Counted from the first letter of the whole stretch, positions 22,387 to 37,169 are shown. The stretch: DNA of 63,706 nucleotides, filler included, from Conidiobolus incongruus B7586 (GCA_000697335.1; 8 parts of 8 records of this genome joined end to end with filler, not necessarily neighbours in it); one strand, 5' to 3'. Translations and numbers: made by a program. The notes: generated by a model from the sequence alone, not told the origin.

Positions 22387-25300
22387 TCTATTTTGAAGGA
22401 GGCTGATCGAGTGAGTGAAGAGGCCAAAGTGCCTCAAATTTCAAAAGATCCATTTATTCCTCCTAAGTTTACTAATAATAGAGACAACGACATTGAAAAT
22501 GTGATCAAATCTTTGCAAGATCAAGATCCAAAAAATAAGGCTGATGTTCTCAATTTAATGAACGCTTTCCTAAAGCATCACTACATTGGTCCTGATGGCA
22601 ACTACAATATAAACATATTCCCATTGATCACAGAAGTGATTAATTTGATCACTTCTAGTGACTTTGACTTTAAAAAGAACAAATGTATAGAACAGTTGCA
22701 CTCGGTGATAAACCAACTCAATAAAGAAATGGATACAGTAAGAAAGGCACCTGAGCCACCAAAGCCCTTTTCACCACCAAAAACAACGGGAGATAAGCGG
22801 AAAGATCTTGAAAACCTCAAAGAATCATTGAAAACCGCGAATAGGTTCAATAGACAGGATGCAGTCGATGCTATATCAAAGTATACAATATCTTACTACG
22901 CAAACACGGAGGGCCAAATCCTTTCCTCGGTCTATACCAATTACAACAAACTCATGGAATATGTTGGAAACCCTAGTGTAGACCTGGCAAGCGACAAAGT
23001 GATCAATATAATCAGTGGATTCTTCCGTAAGATGGATGAAGATAAAAAACAAGTCGAGGCGAAGCAACGGGGTAAGTATCAAGCACCTGAATTCATTGGT
23101 ACCAAATCCATTGATCTTCAGAACCTCGTCCTGTCTTTTGGTTCAGTCACTGACAAAAACCAACAAGAACCAGCTGATCAAGTGGTCAAATTTATTATAA
23201 AATATTACGCAGATGAGAATCAATATTTTTCAAAGAGTGTGCTTGATGCTGTGAATCAAATATCCAGTATGATCACTAGTGAGCAGTTTGACTTCAGGGA
23301 TAGAGAGCACATTAAAGCTCTCCAAATTGCCTTATCTGATCTCGATAACCTTTATGAGCAGTCTAAGGTTGCTAAACCATCATGCAAACCATACAAAGCG
23401 CCTGTCATATCGGACGACAGGAAGATCGATCAGGCGAGACTGATGAGATCTTTATCTTCAGTAACAGACTGCAACAAAGACCAAGTACTAGCATTCATCA
23501 AGTTCTTTTTGACCAAGTACTATGCCGAAACAGATAATAGATTTGATCCACAAGTTGAAAAGATTGTTGTTCAACTTTTCAACTTGATTACTCCTGCCAA
23601 CTTCGACTTTACTAACGATGATAACTTGGATCAAATCGAGCGACTTTTGGGAGCATTGGAAACTATTTATAGCAAGTCCAAGCTCGAGAAGAGCACTCCT
23701 TATGCAGCATTCAACCTCACTGGGAAAATATCCTACGACGAGCAGACTTTGCTTTGGTCACTCAACTCAGTAAACGACTTCAACAAGGATCAAGCGATCC
23801 AACAATTCATCAAGTTCATTGATTATTATTTCCAAGATTCCAATAAGAAATTCGAAAAGCCCATTTACGAGCTAGCAGACCAACTCGTCAAGATGCTAAA
23901 CACTCCTGGGTTTAATTTTGCAAGCAGCGCTAGCCAAAACCAGGTGCGAGATATCCTCTTCCAAATGGAAGCCATGCTGCAACAGATACAGGGCCCTGCA
24001 CAGGGTGCCTCGTCGTATAATGCACCAATACTTTCTGGTAACCGTATTCAAGACCAGAGCGCATTTTTGAAATCGCTCTCATCCGTAACTAAGGACAATA
24101 AGCAAGGCGCAATCGCTCATTTGATATCACTCATCAACTATTACTATAGGAGTAGAAATGGTGATGTGACTGGGGAACTGTACGATCTCGCCAATCATCT
24201 GATCAACAAGCTCACATCTCCTAGCTTCAATCCGCAAGACATCGAAGATATCGAAGCAATTCGTCAGATCTTCCGTAATTTGGACGAAGAGCAGGATAAG
24301 CAGCTGAAGAGTGAACCCCAGGGCACTTATCCTGAGCCCACTATCACGCGCAATTATCCCTACGATATCCAGCAAATTTTTTCATCGTTCAAATTTGCAA
24401 ACGTTGCCAACAAAGATCAAGTTATATTATTTCTTCTCAAGTTCATGGACAAGATGTTTGCCAATGCCAATGGCTTCCTGGCCTATCCCCTTGACCAGCT
24501 TGCTGACCAGGTCAACAACATCGTTTCAGCACCCTCTTTTAGCTTTACCAATGAAAATGATCAGAAGTTACTGAGATCAGTCTTAGATCAAATGTATGCT
24601 AAATGGCAGGAAAAGGTTAACAAGCAAACTGGTCCAGCATATAATATCCCCATCTTATCGGGCGACAGATCGAAAGATCTGCAAAGCCTAATCAATTCAT
24701 TCAGCTCAATTAATTCTCACAACAAAGCTCAAGCTATATCCTCGATTATTCTTTTCGTCCAATCCTATTATACAAATCCCAATGGCCGACTTCATTCTCA
24801 ATTGGATAGTATGGTGCAACAATTTGTTAATACCATCAACTCCAACGACTTCGAGTTCAATGACAAAGGAATTGCTATATTAACCGATATGTTGACTCAG
24901 ATCGATATTACTTGGGATAACTTGAGAAAACAAACCAAGTCATTCCAACCTTTTCAAGTTCCCTATCTCACTGGAAACAGGGATGTCGATGTTACTAATC
25001 TATTCAACGCACTGCTTACTGTTACCCCACCAACAAAATTCGAGGGAATCAAGGCTATTATGGACTTTGTCGCAAAATCTATGGGGACGGAAAGGGTTCA
25101 TATAATGAAATATATCTAACTACAGTCAATCAACTCTCCCAGAAACTCTCATCTCCCCAGTTTGATGCAGCTTCACAATCAGGGCAGTCAACCATTCTAA
25201 GCTACTTGAATCAGCTTGAAGAATTGAAGAAGACCTATGAACAACAGATGAAGGAGTTCCAACCTTATGTTGCACCAGATTTCACTGGTAATATGTCCAT

Positions 25301-25901
25301 TGATCAGAAGAATTTGTTTGAATCCTTTTCCATAGTCACCAAATCCAACCAGCCAGGAGCGATCAGTGCGCTTATCAAATATATTCTCAAGTATTACGGA
25401 AATAAATATGGCCAATTTGACTACCCTGTAAATGAGCCCGCATCCAAGCTGATCCAATCTTTAACCAATCCTGAGGTCGATCTCACCAACCCTAGTACCA
25501 TTCAATTTATCACCCAATGCATCGCGGAGATGGATTCCATTTTGGCTAAACTAAACAATCCCATCTACGTCAAATTTGTACCACCTTCCTTAGTTGAAGA
25601 TTTGAATACTAACAATGCATTAGTAATCAGCGCCATTCGACAGATCAATACTAGCAACAAAAAGGATGTATCTGACTTTGTCATCAGCTTCTTGGCCAAG
25701 CATTTCGGTAACACCGATGGTAGCTTCGATAGTCTATTGTATCCATGTATAATCAAACTACTGGATACCATTAATGCGAATGACTTTGACCCCAGTGATC
25801 CTAATAGCGAATTAGAAATAGAAACCACTCTATACGATATCAAAGATATATACGAGAAAAGGATAGCGCATAAAAAACACAAGAATAGCTATAAAAATTA
25901 G
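22387..25901 (+). CDS. Large intronless protein of at least 11 tandem ~100-aa repeats, unknown function; 5' truncated, one 1-nt frameshift at ~25075
   Basis: Repeat heads: FIPPKFTN, FSPPKTTG, YQAPEFIG, YKAPVISD, YAAFNLTG, YNAPILSG, YPEPTITR, YNIPILSG, FQVPYLTG, YVAPDFTG, FVPPSLVE. The 908-aa and 231-aa ORFs join if one base is added at GCAAAATCTAT. Confidence 0.85.
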
Positions 25902-26946
25902 CTAGAAACTAATATATAAATATACTGAATAAATAAATTAAAAGATAGTGTATAATTTATTTTATTCATCTTTGTTTTGAGAATCTGTAAATAATATTAA
26001 ATTGCTTCAAAAAGTAAACTTATTGTAAATATTATATTTTTTAAATCTATATCCGCCAAATATAGAGATCAATTTTTTGAATTATTTTGAAAACAATAGG
26101 ATTATTATTATTATATCTAATTTCGATTTTTGATAACTAATTCTGAACTTTTGTTTATTCATTTTATATAAACATCAATCGCTTCTACATAAAAATGGCA
26201 TATAGATTCAATAAATTATTTTTTTACTTTCAAGATATGTATTGAGCATAATTAGAACATATCTGAACAGGTATCGAAGAATTTAACCAGTAAAATTTAA
26301 AATATTATTGTATATGTATAAATTCAAATTATTTTTTTGCAATATTATTAATGGTGTTAATTATATAAATTTGACAGTTTTTTAGTTTGGTTTTGTTATT
26401 ATATTATCTTATTTTATTGATTTTGGCATGATTCATTCGATGATTATTACTAAAATCACACTAATTGTATTTTGTTGCTCTAAATCGGAAAAATCAATAA
26501 TTTATCATTAATCGATGTTATTAAACTCATCTTTTCATCACTTAATATCTAATAAAAATTAATTTTCCAGTATACTACAATTAATAAAAATTTGTCAAGT
26601 AATGCACTTGGATTATTGAATGCTGTTATATATTTATCCAAGTTAATACTTAGGTATATTAAAAATTCATTAAAAGAGAATAAAGATATTAACTTATACT
26701 TCGTGGCACATAAAATGGATAATTGATTTAATATATATAATTTGAGATAATATTCAATTGAATATAACACATCGATATTTGCAAATTTGATTGCTACAGT
26801 TAATTGAAATAGACCATAAAATATTTTCATAAAATGAAGGATAGATATAAAAATTTAAAAAATATATATCTCAAATTTACATTGATCAGTTTTATACCTA
26901 TTCAATGAAAAATTGTACTATTTTCGCATTACAAGAGACTGAACCA

Positions 26947-29900
26947 TTAAACAGGTGAATGTAACCCCAATTTCGTATTAAATTCCAACTTACTTCGCTT
27001 TTGAAATTTAATATATTTCCTCCTATCAAACCATCGGATGAGCTCTTGAATGGGCAAAAATAGTAATGGGCTCAAAAATCCTATCAAGTAATAAGCCAAT
27101 GGCAGAGCTTCAAAGATCTGTTTAACTGAGAAGGGACTGAAAATAAAGAACAGGAATGTAAATGCTACTTGAACACTCCACATCAATATCACGCTGATAA
27201 CCCAGATGGTATTGTGCAATGGGTTATACTCCCAGATGGGTAAAGTTCGACTCATAAAAGTAGCTGATATAATTGTTAAATGATATACTATAAATAGCAA
27301 TAAAAGGTTTTGGCAGTGTAAATGAGCCCATTGATGCGAATTGTTCCAATTGCTCCAATCCCCATGTCGATGAAATTTCACGTGATCATGAGCTTTATCA
27401 CTGGTCAACTCCCAAATATATTGCCAACTAATCCAGAACATTGTGGCCCACACTCCAACTGAGACGATCATACGATAGATACCATATCGGAAAAAGCGCC
27501 AGAAATCTTGGACGTGATCTAAGTTTTTGGTGACGAAGGAGGTCATGGTATTGGGTTCGTGAGGATTCCATAGGAAGTTGACAGCAATAAAAGAAAGGAT
27601 GAGCCAAGATAGCCAGAAGATATGGTAGCCGTAAAGGATGGGTGGTAGTAAGAGTGCAATAGATGTGATATAGAGCATACTGATACCTAGTCCACTTGCT
27701 AGCAGGAATGCTCCACCCTGTCTTACTGCAGCCATCAGTCTTCGAGCCTCTCGAATGATCTGAGTGAGTACAAAAAAGCTAGTATCACGATGGAAAAATA
27801 GTCCACAAGGCAAAGAAGTCAAAGTAGAGCCTATTGAGAGTGTCGAATGAAGCTCTAGATTGGGATTGCGCTTTCTTGAAGCGGGCGAAGTAGCGATATG
27901 TCGATTAAGAGGCTCAACAGCAATACCAAGGTCGGCAGCTGCGAAAGAGGGTGTATTCACATAGTTTAAAGAGTTTCCAATACAGCAAACTACTTCCCCA
28001 TATTCTTGATAAATTTTGATCATTTCAGTTACGGCAGAAGGGGAGCACTCAGCAAAGAGGGAAACTTGGAGAGGAATATCATCGACATTTTCCAAATGAT
28101 CTCGAATCTGTTCAATACCTCTGGGTAAATGTGCTTTGATATAATGATCTTCAAAATCTTCCTCCTCTTCGCTACTCATGCGAATACATGTATTCCAATC
28201 AGTTTCCAATCCCAGACGCTCAGCAAATGCTTTACTCTCTTTCTCCGATCCGGGTGACAAATAAGCAAATCGAATACCAGCTAAACTCAAATCTTCAATA
28301 AAATCACAAACATCATTCTTAGGCTGATGTGCCATAGTAGATAAAGCTAAGAACACTTGATCTTTAACCGAAGCACGATAGAAAGCCTCTGGATTTTCAG
28401 CGGCTAGACTAGGATCAATTTCGGCATCTTCTTCCGATGCACTGGGACGATTTAAACTGAGATATCTTAACATTGGACTAGCGCTAGGATCGGATGTTGA
28501 TGGAAGCGTTTCCAAAGGTGTATGCGGAATCACCGAAGCTTCGTCAAGTCGAATGACCGAGAGATCTTGATTATTCAAAAAGGTTAATCTCTCTCTATTT
28601 GCAACATTAATAGGCCTGTAGGAGTAAGCAATAACTTGAGAATCCTTCAAAGCAGCATTTTGATAAAAATCATGAAGCTTCGCTTGACAAGCACCAGATA
28701 ACGGGCGAAGAGTTGTTCCATCCCAGAAATCTGGACATAAATCTAAAATTAATTCAGGGTGACCAGAGCTGAAGAGCTGATAGGAATTGGATTTGACTTC
28801 TTCATACAAATTGGATACGACAGAAGGAAGTTCCATGCGGTATTTCTTAAATAAGGGATCTTCTATCACGGAATGATAGGGTGCAGTCACAACAATGGTT
28901 TTTTGATGCGAGAATCCTTCAATGATATCTTCTTTAAAGCCTATTTCTTTACCCAATCTACAAAGACAAGTTTGTCGTGCTGGACACAAGTTACATTTGA
29001 TTTGGTTCATCGGATCACTCAAATGGGGCTCCCAATCATTCTTACGACTCTTTTCTAATCTGCACCTAGTAGAGAGAAGCAGATTGAATCCAAGTGGCTT
29101 TAAGAGTTGAATGTACTTTTGCCAATCGTTATCCTCAAATTTAATACCATTGGGATAATAGTCACTATCTTCTGATAGATCCAGCAACACCATATTCTCT
29201 TCTTCATCAAGGAACATCAATTCTTCAATCTGGGGAAAAGGCGTAGCAATCGTCTCCTCTTTATCAATCACACAGATTGTTGTAATACTTCCCAAAGATT
29301 CGAATAAATTGGTCGATCGAGTGAGTGAAAAATTATGATCTTTCCTAGTTAATAGACTCCAAAATTTCGAAAGAACTTGCTTCATGTTAACTTCAACATT
29401 TTTGACTGGGGAAGGCGCTTCAGTATCAAATTCGTCAATATCCTCCTCATCTTCAAATTCTTCTTTGTTCTTTTGAAGTGCTTCAAATAATACTAGAATA
29501 TAAGCATTACAATAATTTCTGACTAAAAACCATAAATTAGGGAAACTGAGGGGTACCCAGGCCAAAAATGTATATGAGGGAACTTGAATCAATAACTCAA
29601 TCCAATGATTCACGTGATTCTTAGGTAGGTCATGGAAGAAGTAAATGAATGAACAAACTATCAGAGCTAAAATGAATACAGCTAACCCAAGTCTTCGAAT
29701 AAATAAATGTTTAATTCGTCTCATTTGATTTTGGATCACACTAACAGGTCGCTCTTGAGCTACTGTATCCTTCAAAGTTTGAGCAAGTCTCGTTTCCAAC
29801 AGTTTAAATTTAAATGTATCCATTTTCTCTACAATGGAGGGGATGGCATCGAAAAATCCAGCTTTTAAAGTTTGTCCCTTCCTAAGAACTAATTTTTTAT

Positions 29901-30796
29901 TTAATTCTAACCCGTAAAGATCAGCACAGAATTCCATATCACAAAATGAGTTAGCGCCCAGAGGCAATTCCACAATATCACCGAATACAGTTAAATGTAT
30001 GGGTAAAGGATGCAAAAATCCATCTCTATAAACATCAACAATGGACAAAGTAGGAAACAATGGCACTTTGATCATTCTCATAGGTCTCACCCTATTATCT
30101 TCAAGTACCTTTAATATTAATTTGGCTCTTTCGTAAAGTTCTCTAGCATATCTCTGCGATTCACATATTGAAATATAATAACTCCAAAGAACTAAACCTG
30201 TTAATAGTCCTATTTCTACCAATATACCTTTGATTCGAAATTGATAAATTGGGTTGTGTAATTGTTGAAAAATATAAGAAAAGATTAAGAGAATTATCAT
30301 AAGGATGACTAATATAGTGTCTTTGCGTTTTAAAAAATCAATATTATCTACAAAGCCATGATTAATATTACATATATTAATTATCAAATATTATTATTAC
30401 TTGTAGGTGTTTCATCTTCTTCGGCAGGTGCTACGATTTCTTCAACAATTCTTATTAAAATCCTATACACTTAAATTAATATATATTAAAAAGTACATAA
30501 TAGAATATATTATACCCATAAGCTTCTGTATCTTCTAGACCAATGTTACCAGTATTAGAGATATTCGATTGTGTTAAATAACAAGGTAATTGATTCAAAT
30601 TATCCCGACTCTCTCTCTGTAACTCAACTTCTAAAGTTGAAATCTCTTCAGACAAATTGCGAGTATGGTGAGGATTCGAAATATAACTGTGTATCGATGA
30701 AGACAGAGAACCTTGATTATGTTCTTGTTGTATTTGAGTTTTTACACGTTTGGGTATTGAACTATTTTCAGTTGGTATAGGCTGCGAATGCGACAT
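26947..30796 (-). CDS. TMEM94: TMEM94/KIAA0195 (ERMA) atypical P-type-ATPase-like membrane protein; about two short 5' introns
   Basis: LGSITTICVIDKEET, FEDNDWQKYIQLLKPLG, RLGLETDWNTCI, LPRGIEQIRDHLENVDDIPLQVSLF, FQKRSKLEFNTKLGLHSP. Upstream exons 30796-~30520 and ~30463-30401 splice in frame. Confidence 0.88.
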
Positions 30797-33740
30797 TTTA
30801 TGATATTAATTAAAATTATATAGTGAATTAATTAGTATTAGGCTGATGAGAGCCTAATACAAAATATTTAATATTAATTTAAAATAAATTATAATATGAT
30901 AATAAAAAATTGAATATATTCTTGTCAATGATATTGACGTTTATATTAAATGTGTTAGTTTTTTAATTTTAATTTAATGCAAGATTTCTTCTTTTTACAC
31001 CTTAAACTTATAGATTTCGAATTTATCAAACTCTAATGGGATTGCATATATTAAATTCATCCAAATTTTTAAATTCAAAATAGGTATATAGTTTTTAATG
31101 ATATCCTTTAAATAAATTAATTATTGAAAATAAATAATTTATTATTAAATTAATCAATAATATTTATAGTTATGGACTGAATATATCTTATTTTAATAAA
31201 TTCCATAGTTAATTTTTAATCAGAGTCCTTTTATTTTCAGAGGATTGAATAAGGAAATCAACTATTTTTTCACACTTTACGTTTAATTGAATCAATATTA
31301 ATTTGAAACTTGAAAACTACTGTAAATTTGAATAATTTATATACCATTTTGGAATGACCTAATATTTTCATTGACAATGTGATTTTGATATATTGATTTT
31401 CAGAGCAAGCTATCATAAATCCAAATTTACCTTTGACAAATTGTGTTTATGAAATTTTTAATTAAACGATTTTGAAAGTTTATTCTATCTTATTATATCT
31501 TAATATATCAAAAACACTTATTATTCAAAGTATGAATTTAATAGAAATTTCAAAAAGTTTGGCACAATATATTATTTTTAACTTTAACTCTAATAATATT
31601 ACTTCGATTCAACAATTATATATATTTCCTAAAATATTACCATATACAAATAATTATCTAATTTGGTTAAATATAAAAGACTCATTGAATATAAAAGTAT
31701 ATAGAAAAATTCTATTCTATAATAAATATGACACATATCAAAAATAATATTTTTAATTTATCTATTGTTGTATATATGTGTCATAAAATAAGGCAAGTTC
31801 TTGTTAATAGATGATGCTTTGATAGATGCAACTAGTATTTTAGTTGCATTTTCCATAATATAAATACATATTTTTATGAATGATAATAAACACTCTCTCT
31901 TAGCTTGATATTTACTTACATCATCCATTCACAATTAAATCTAGCATAACCATTTTTGATCTGAAAGAATGACTTCCAACAATAATAACTCTAATACAAA
32001 TTTTCACCATCTTGAAACCTATGGAACTGTAAACAATAGAGTTTTACAACATCTAATCTATAAAATATATAATATAATAACATAATACTGTATCATCAAT
32101 CAATTTATAAGGTATTGAGTATTATTTATTAAATTATAAAATTTATATATCAAGTATATCGTAGTGCTTGTATTAAATTAAGGATAAATTTTCATTTTTA
32201 GTTAATTATATTTTAACACTATTATTTTTTTACAAAATCAATTTTATTAAATATATTAGAATGATTACTTATTCAATATATTCATCAATTTTTTTAAATT
32301 CGTTTCGCAAATTTTGATCTAAAGAAGTTTAATTCAGGCGATTGTCAATGTGTTAATTGTCAAAATTTTGAATAATATATATTTAATAAATGTAATATAT
32401 TAGTAAGCTCTTAAACACTACAAATAATAGCGATTATTATCAAATTACATATATATTATAATAAATTTATAATTGATGATGTGCTATTTTTACCAAAATT
32501 TTCTCAGGTTTATTTCATATAATTATGATTACCAAACCAAGAGACCTATCTTGCATTGGAACACCTGCCAAATTATCTATTGGTCGCGAATTGTCTTGTA
32601 AATTTGGCCAATACTTATATTGAGTGGATTAATATAAATTTTATTATCAAATATCTCAAATAATATTTATTCTCATTGTTATTAATATATTTATATAAAT
32701 TTCTCGATAAGAAAAAATACAAGTTATTATAGTTATATGGTTAGCACATATATAATAAATGCTTGCAATATTTATATATTTAATATCAAATTAAATAAAC
32801 TTTTTTTATTAAAGTTTGTATAAGATTGACCAAAAATTTCCATGAGCTGAGTCTATTTTTAATCGTTTTCTCTTATTAATCGTTTTTAAATTGAAACAAT
32901 TATATTTCAACATCATATTATAAATATAATGCAAGAAAAATTTAAAAATGCTCTCGATCATAATATATTTAGAAATTATAAATAAGCGTCTATAGTTTTC
33001 ATTCAAAAAATATAAGCATATATTATTGAATTAAAGAAGTTGCAACAGATAAATTACTGCGAAATAATGAAGTCTTAATTCTGAACATTTAATTTATCTT
33101 CTTGATATATATAATCGAAAATATATTTCATCTGACTTTTCCAGATATATTAATAATCTACATACTCTATGACTCAAATTGCAAATCATATTGGAAATTA
33201 AAATATATTAAAATCTGTTTTATATGGGGAAAGAATAAAGCTCCAAGACAAAATCAGAGATTTGTAAAAATAAACAGTTTATAATGAACATATCAATATT
33301 TAGTATAGATATTAATATCTTATAATGTGTCATGTAAAAAATAAATATAGCATATGGTTTATCTATACATATGATGTTGTTAAATTGAGTTACTAAAAAT
33401 CTTGTAAAAGATCCATATTTCATTAGTTCCTTGATATAAGGCGTAATTGACTATCGATTTTGACTTTTTAATTTTAGTCACTTTCTTATTCATTCTATAA
33501 TTATCTCACTAAAATAGTCATTTCAATTTAATAATTAATATCATCATCCATCCAATGATAAAAAGATTAATATAGTTATCATTAACTAGAATGGATATTT
33601 TTTATGTTAATATAAATTTGCTATCCCTCATATTCCGCCACATCTACTTTCATTAGTGTGGGATTCATAATTTCATAGCTATAAAAACAACACAATCCAA
33701 GAATTTTTCATTAATATTTAGCTCCATTATAGTCATTACC

Positions 33741-34115
33741 ATGCATTTTACTGATCTCATCAATTTAACTCTCCTTTCTTTAGCTGCATCTGTTCCTCAA
33801 TCCGAACACAGCAAATCCGACTATAATGTAGTTCTCTTTGAGCATGTGTTATTCCAAGGTCGCCAAATCAATGTAAAACCATCCATTTTCTGTAAAAATC
33901 TTAATTCTGAGGACCAAGATCAGGCCAGTTCCGCTCAATGGGACCTTAAGCATTCCGAAGATTTCGAGGTTCAATTCTTTACTGAGGCCGATTGCAGAGG
34001 CTATATGAAGAGCTGGCTAGGCGAAACTCCTAAGAATAATCAACCTAATAATTTTGTATACGATGATCTCAATGATAGAGTTAAATCGCTTAGATTGAAG
34101 TTTATTCGTCATTAG
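33741..34115 (+). CDS. Small secreted beta/gamma-crystallin-like protein
   Basis: Signal-peptide-like N-terminus, then two Greek-key-like motifs: VLFEHVLFQG...DQASSAQW and VQFFTEADCRG...LNDRVKSLRL. Two cysteines. Confidence 0.7.
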   Translation: MHFTDLINLTLLSLAASVPQSEHSKSDYNVVLFEHVLFQGRQINVKPSIFCKNLNSEDQDQASSAQWDLKHSEDFEVQFFTEADCRGYMKSWLGETPKNNQPNNFVYDDLNDRVKSLRLKFIRH

Positions 34116-35046
34116 TTATCATATCCTTATTATTTTGCCCAATTTTTATATCATTAATTAATTAATAAACACTTTTTGAAATCACAACTCTATCATATAT
34201 ATCATAATATTATTATTCCTGTTTATTTTTGCACTGTTAAAAGACATGCTTTGAAGATTGTAATTCTTAAGAATGTACAATGAGATTATTTGATATATCG
34301 AATGAATAGTGTAAAATTTTCAAAGTATTGATTCTGATCAAATTAGAGAACTTTATATAATGAATAAAGATCATATACTAATTGTAATAAATGGGTTGGA
34401 AATAATGGATATTTAAATTAAAAAAAAGATCAATATTAATAATTTCTTTGTTGACATATAGACAAACACAATTTGTAATAAAATTAAAATCCTACCAAAT
34501 TTGAAAATAATTAGGCATATTTTTCGAGATGCGAGCTGAATTAATATTCTTCAGTTGTTTTATTTTTTTGTTATAAGCATTTATAACTACAAGGAACATT
34601 TCAATTATTCAATTTATTCTTTTCTAGTATGTCATACACAATTAATTAAATATTTTTAAATTTAATAAAATTGAGATAATTTTAGGAACATTTTGATCAA
34701 CTTTTGAGAGATTAAAAGTTGTATTAGGAATTTGATCCAATTGATAATAAAAAATTATTGATAAAACTGATTTTTATATATTATAAATATTATGGAGATT
34801 GATTGATTTATACATGAACTTTGCAATTACTAGTTAGTTAATTTCCTTAAATCATAAACGAATTCGGTGATAATGTTCATCAATCCCATAAATCGATTCA
34901 AGAATATTTAATATGAATATAGATTAAAGGCAATTAAACAAGTAATGTAAATTTATTATTCATTTTAATATATCATAATAGCATCAAATGAATTATAATT
35001 ATAAAGTAATTAATATGATTTATTAATTAATGAAATAAAAATAATA

Positions 35047-37169
35047 ATGGTTCAAAACAATAATGATAGAAAACTAATCCTCCTGTCAAAAGGACTACTT
35101 TTCAACAACACAAAGAAGAAATAGAAGCTAAAAAGAGGGTAAATACTCACAACTTAAGAAAATTTAACTTTATATTAAATTAAAATAATAGAGAGAAGAG
35201 GCAGAAACTGCTCAAGTTTATGCTGATTTTATTGCCGATTTTGGAGAGGGAGATGATCAAAATACACAATCGAGTACTCTTCAAGTTAAAACTTTTGTCA
35301 AATCATCTTCGTCCAAACCACATTCAAGTAAAAATAATGAAACAGCGAAAATACATATGATCATATTAACTTAATATCAACTATTGTAACTATCGTTTTA
35401 GATGTTACTCAAAATCCATACATTCAATCTGAAGTATATCAACCTAAAATGCTTGATGCAATTGGAGCTAAAAATTATACTTCACAAAGTGGACACAGTT
35501 CAGGAGTTCAAGTGAATCAACCTGTACCAACAGTAAGTTAATATTTCAACTCAAGAATATTGCGGTCTTATCGAAAACGACTGAATTCATAATTCAGCAG
35601 GGAACCAAGAAAAAGAAAAATTTAGATAGCTTTCTAGAAGAGTTAAAAAGGTATAAAATTAGGCATATTTAAAATGCTCATGCAACTAACTTAAATACTA
35701 GAGAGCAACAGGAAAGAGAACTTCGAACTAAACTTCAGCAACACATATCAAATATTCAAATTCCAAATGCTTCAACTAATCGTCAAGCAAAAACATTCTC
35801 AGATACACCACCTGATTCTAATTCTACAAACCTTTTCGTGGGAAATATATCGCCTCAGGTTAATGAAATACTTTTGATGCAAACATTTGGGAAATTTGGC
35901 CCTATAGCTAGTGTGAAAATAATGTGGCCCCGAACCCCAGAAGAAAGTGATCGTCGCCATAACTCTGGCTTTGTTTGCTTTATGAAAAGAGAGCATGCAA
36001 TTAATGCATTATCTGCCTTGGATGGCTCAGATTTAATGGGACTTAATTTGAGAATCGGTTGGGGCAAATCTGTACAGCTCCCATCAATTCCAATTTATGA
36101 TCCTAATCAACCCAAAAAGCATATATCAACAAATCTACCATTTAACGCAGTTTCAACTCCAGATAAAAAAGCGCAAGTTCAAATCATTATTCCATCAGAT
36201 ACCCGTCAATTGAAAATTATCCATCAGACAATTGAAAAAGTTTTGACTTTAGGTGCGCCTTTTGAGCTGCTTTTAATAGAGAGAAAGTCATCTGATCCAA
36301 ACTTCTCTTTTTTGACAGATTATACCACACCTCACCATATATACTATAGGTGGAAAATGTTTTCTTTGCTTCAGGGTGACTCTGTAGATGAATGGCGAAT
36401 CCAACCTTTCCAGATGTATGAAAATGGCCCAGAGTTTTTACCGCCTCCAATTCCCATTCCCGAACCATCAATTGATGAATTATCAGATTTAGACTCAGAA
36501 GGAAACGAATTTCCTGGAACTTCTAAGGGCCAACTTTTGCCTCGAAAATCTAAAATATTCCACAAAATGATTAATGAGCTCACCCTCAACAGAGACAGTA
36601 TTGGAAATGTTATGGTATTCTTAGTTGATCATGCCGATGCAGCCGATGAGACTGCTTCTGCACTTTGTGATTTACTAATTTCTGAAAAAACGGATAATAA
36701 TCATAAACTGGCTTTATTGTATCTGATATCAGACACATTACATAATATTTCTCTCGAAGTATCTGGTTCTTGGAAATTAAGATCCAAATTTGAAACACTA
36801 TTGCCCATAATATTTATTCATTTCCACTCTGTTTACCGAGGTATTCAAGCTTTGGGTCGTTTAAAGGCCGAGACTTTTAGAAAACGAGTCATGATGATAT
36901 TTCCTGGATGGGAACGAATGGCATTTTTCCCACAACCATTTTTAGATCATCTTGCCAATTTATTCCAACATGGGGAAAATTATGAACAAGTTTTGATTTC
37001 GAATCAACCATCTCAAGTGGCAGGACCTGTTCAGCAGAATGACTCTACTACATCTCCCAATGAAGACATTGATGGTGTACCTTTAGTCAGCAGTGATAAT
37101 GAAGAAGTTGACGGTGTTCCTCTCCAGGATGATGATGTTGATGGTGTTGCTTATTACTCTGATGATTAA
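35047..37169 (+). CDS. U2SURP: U2 snRNP-associated SURP-motif protein (SR140): RRM, SURP and CID domains, several 5' introns
   Basis: TFQQHKEEIEAKKR, KKNLDSFLEELK, TNLFVGNI...GPIASVKIMWPR...GFVCFM, HIYYRWKMFSLLQGD, LYLISDTLHN, EDIDGVPL. Exon 1 needs +1 A at 35070-35073. Confidence 0.9.

Noticed and set aside
30843..30850. CTGATGAG as a hammerhead ribozyme core
   Set aside because: No stem II followed by GAAA; the motif is just part of a simple hairpin.
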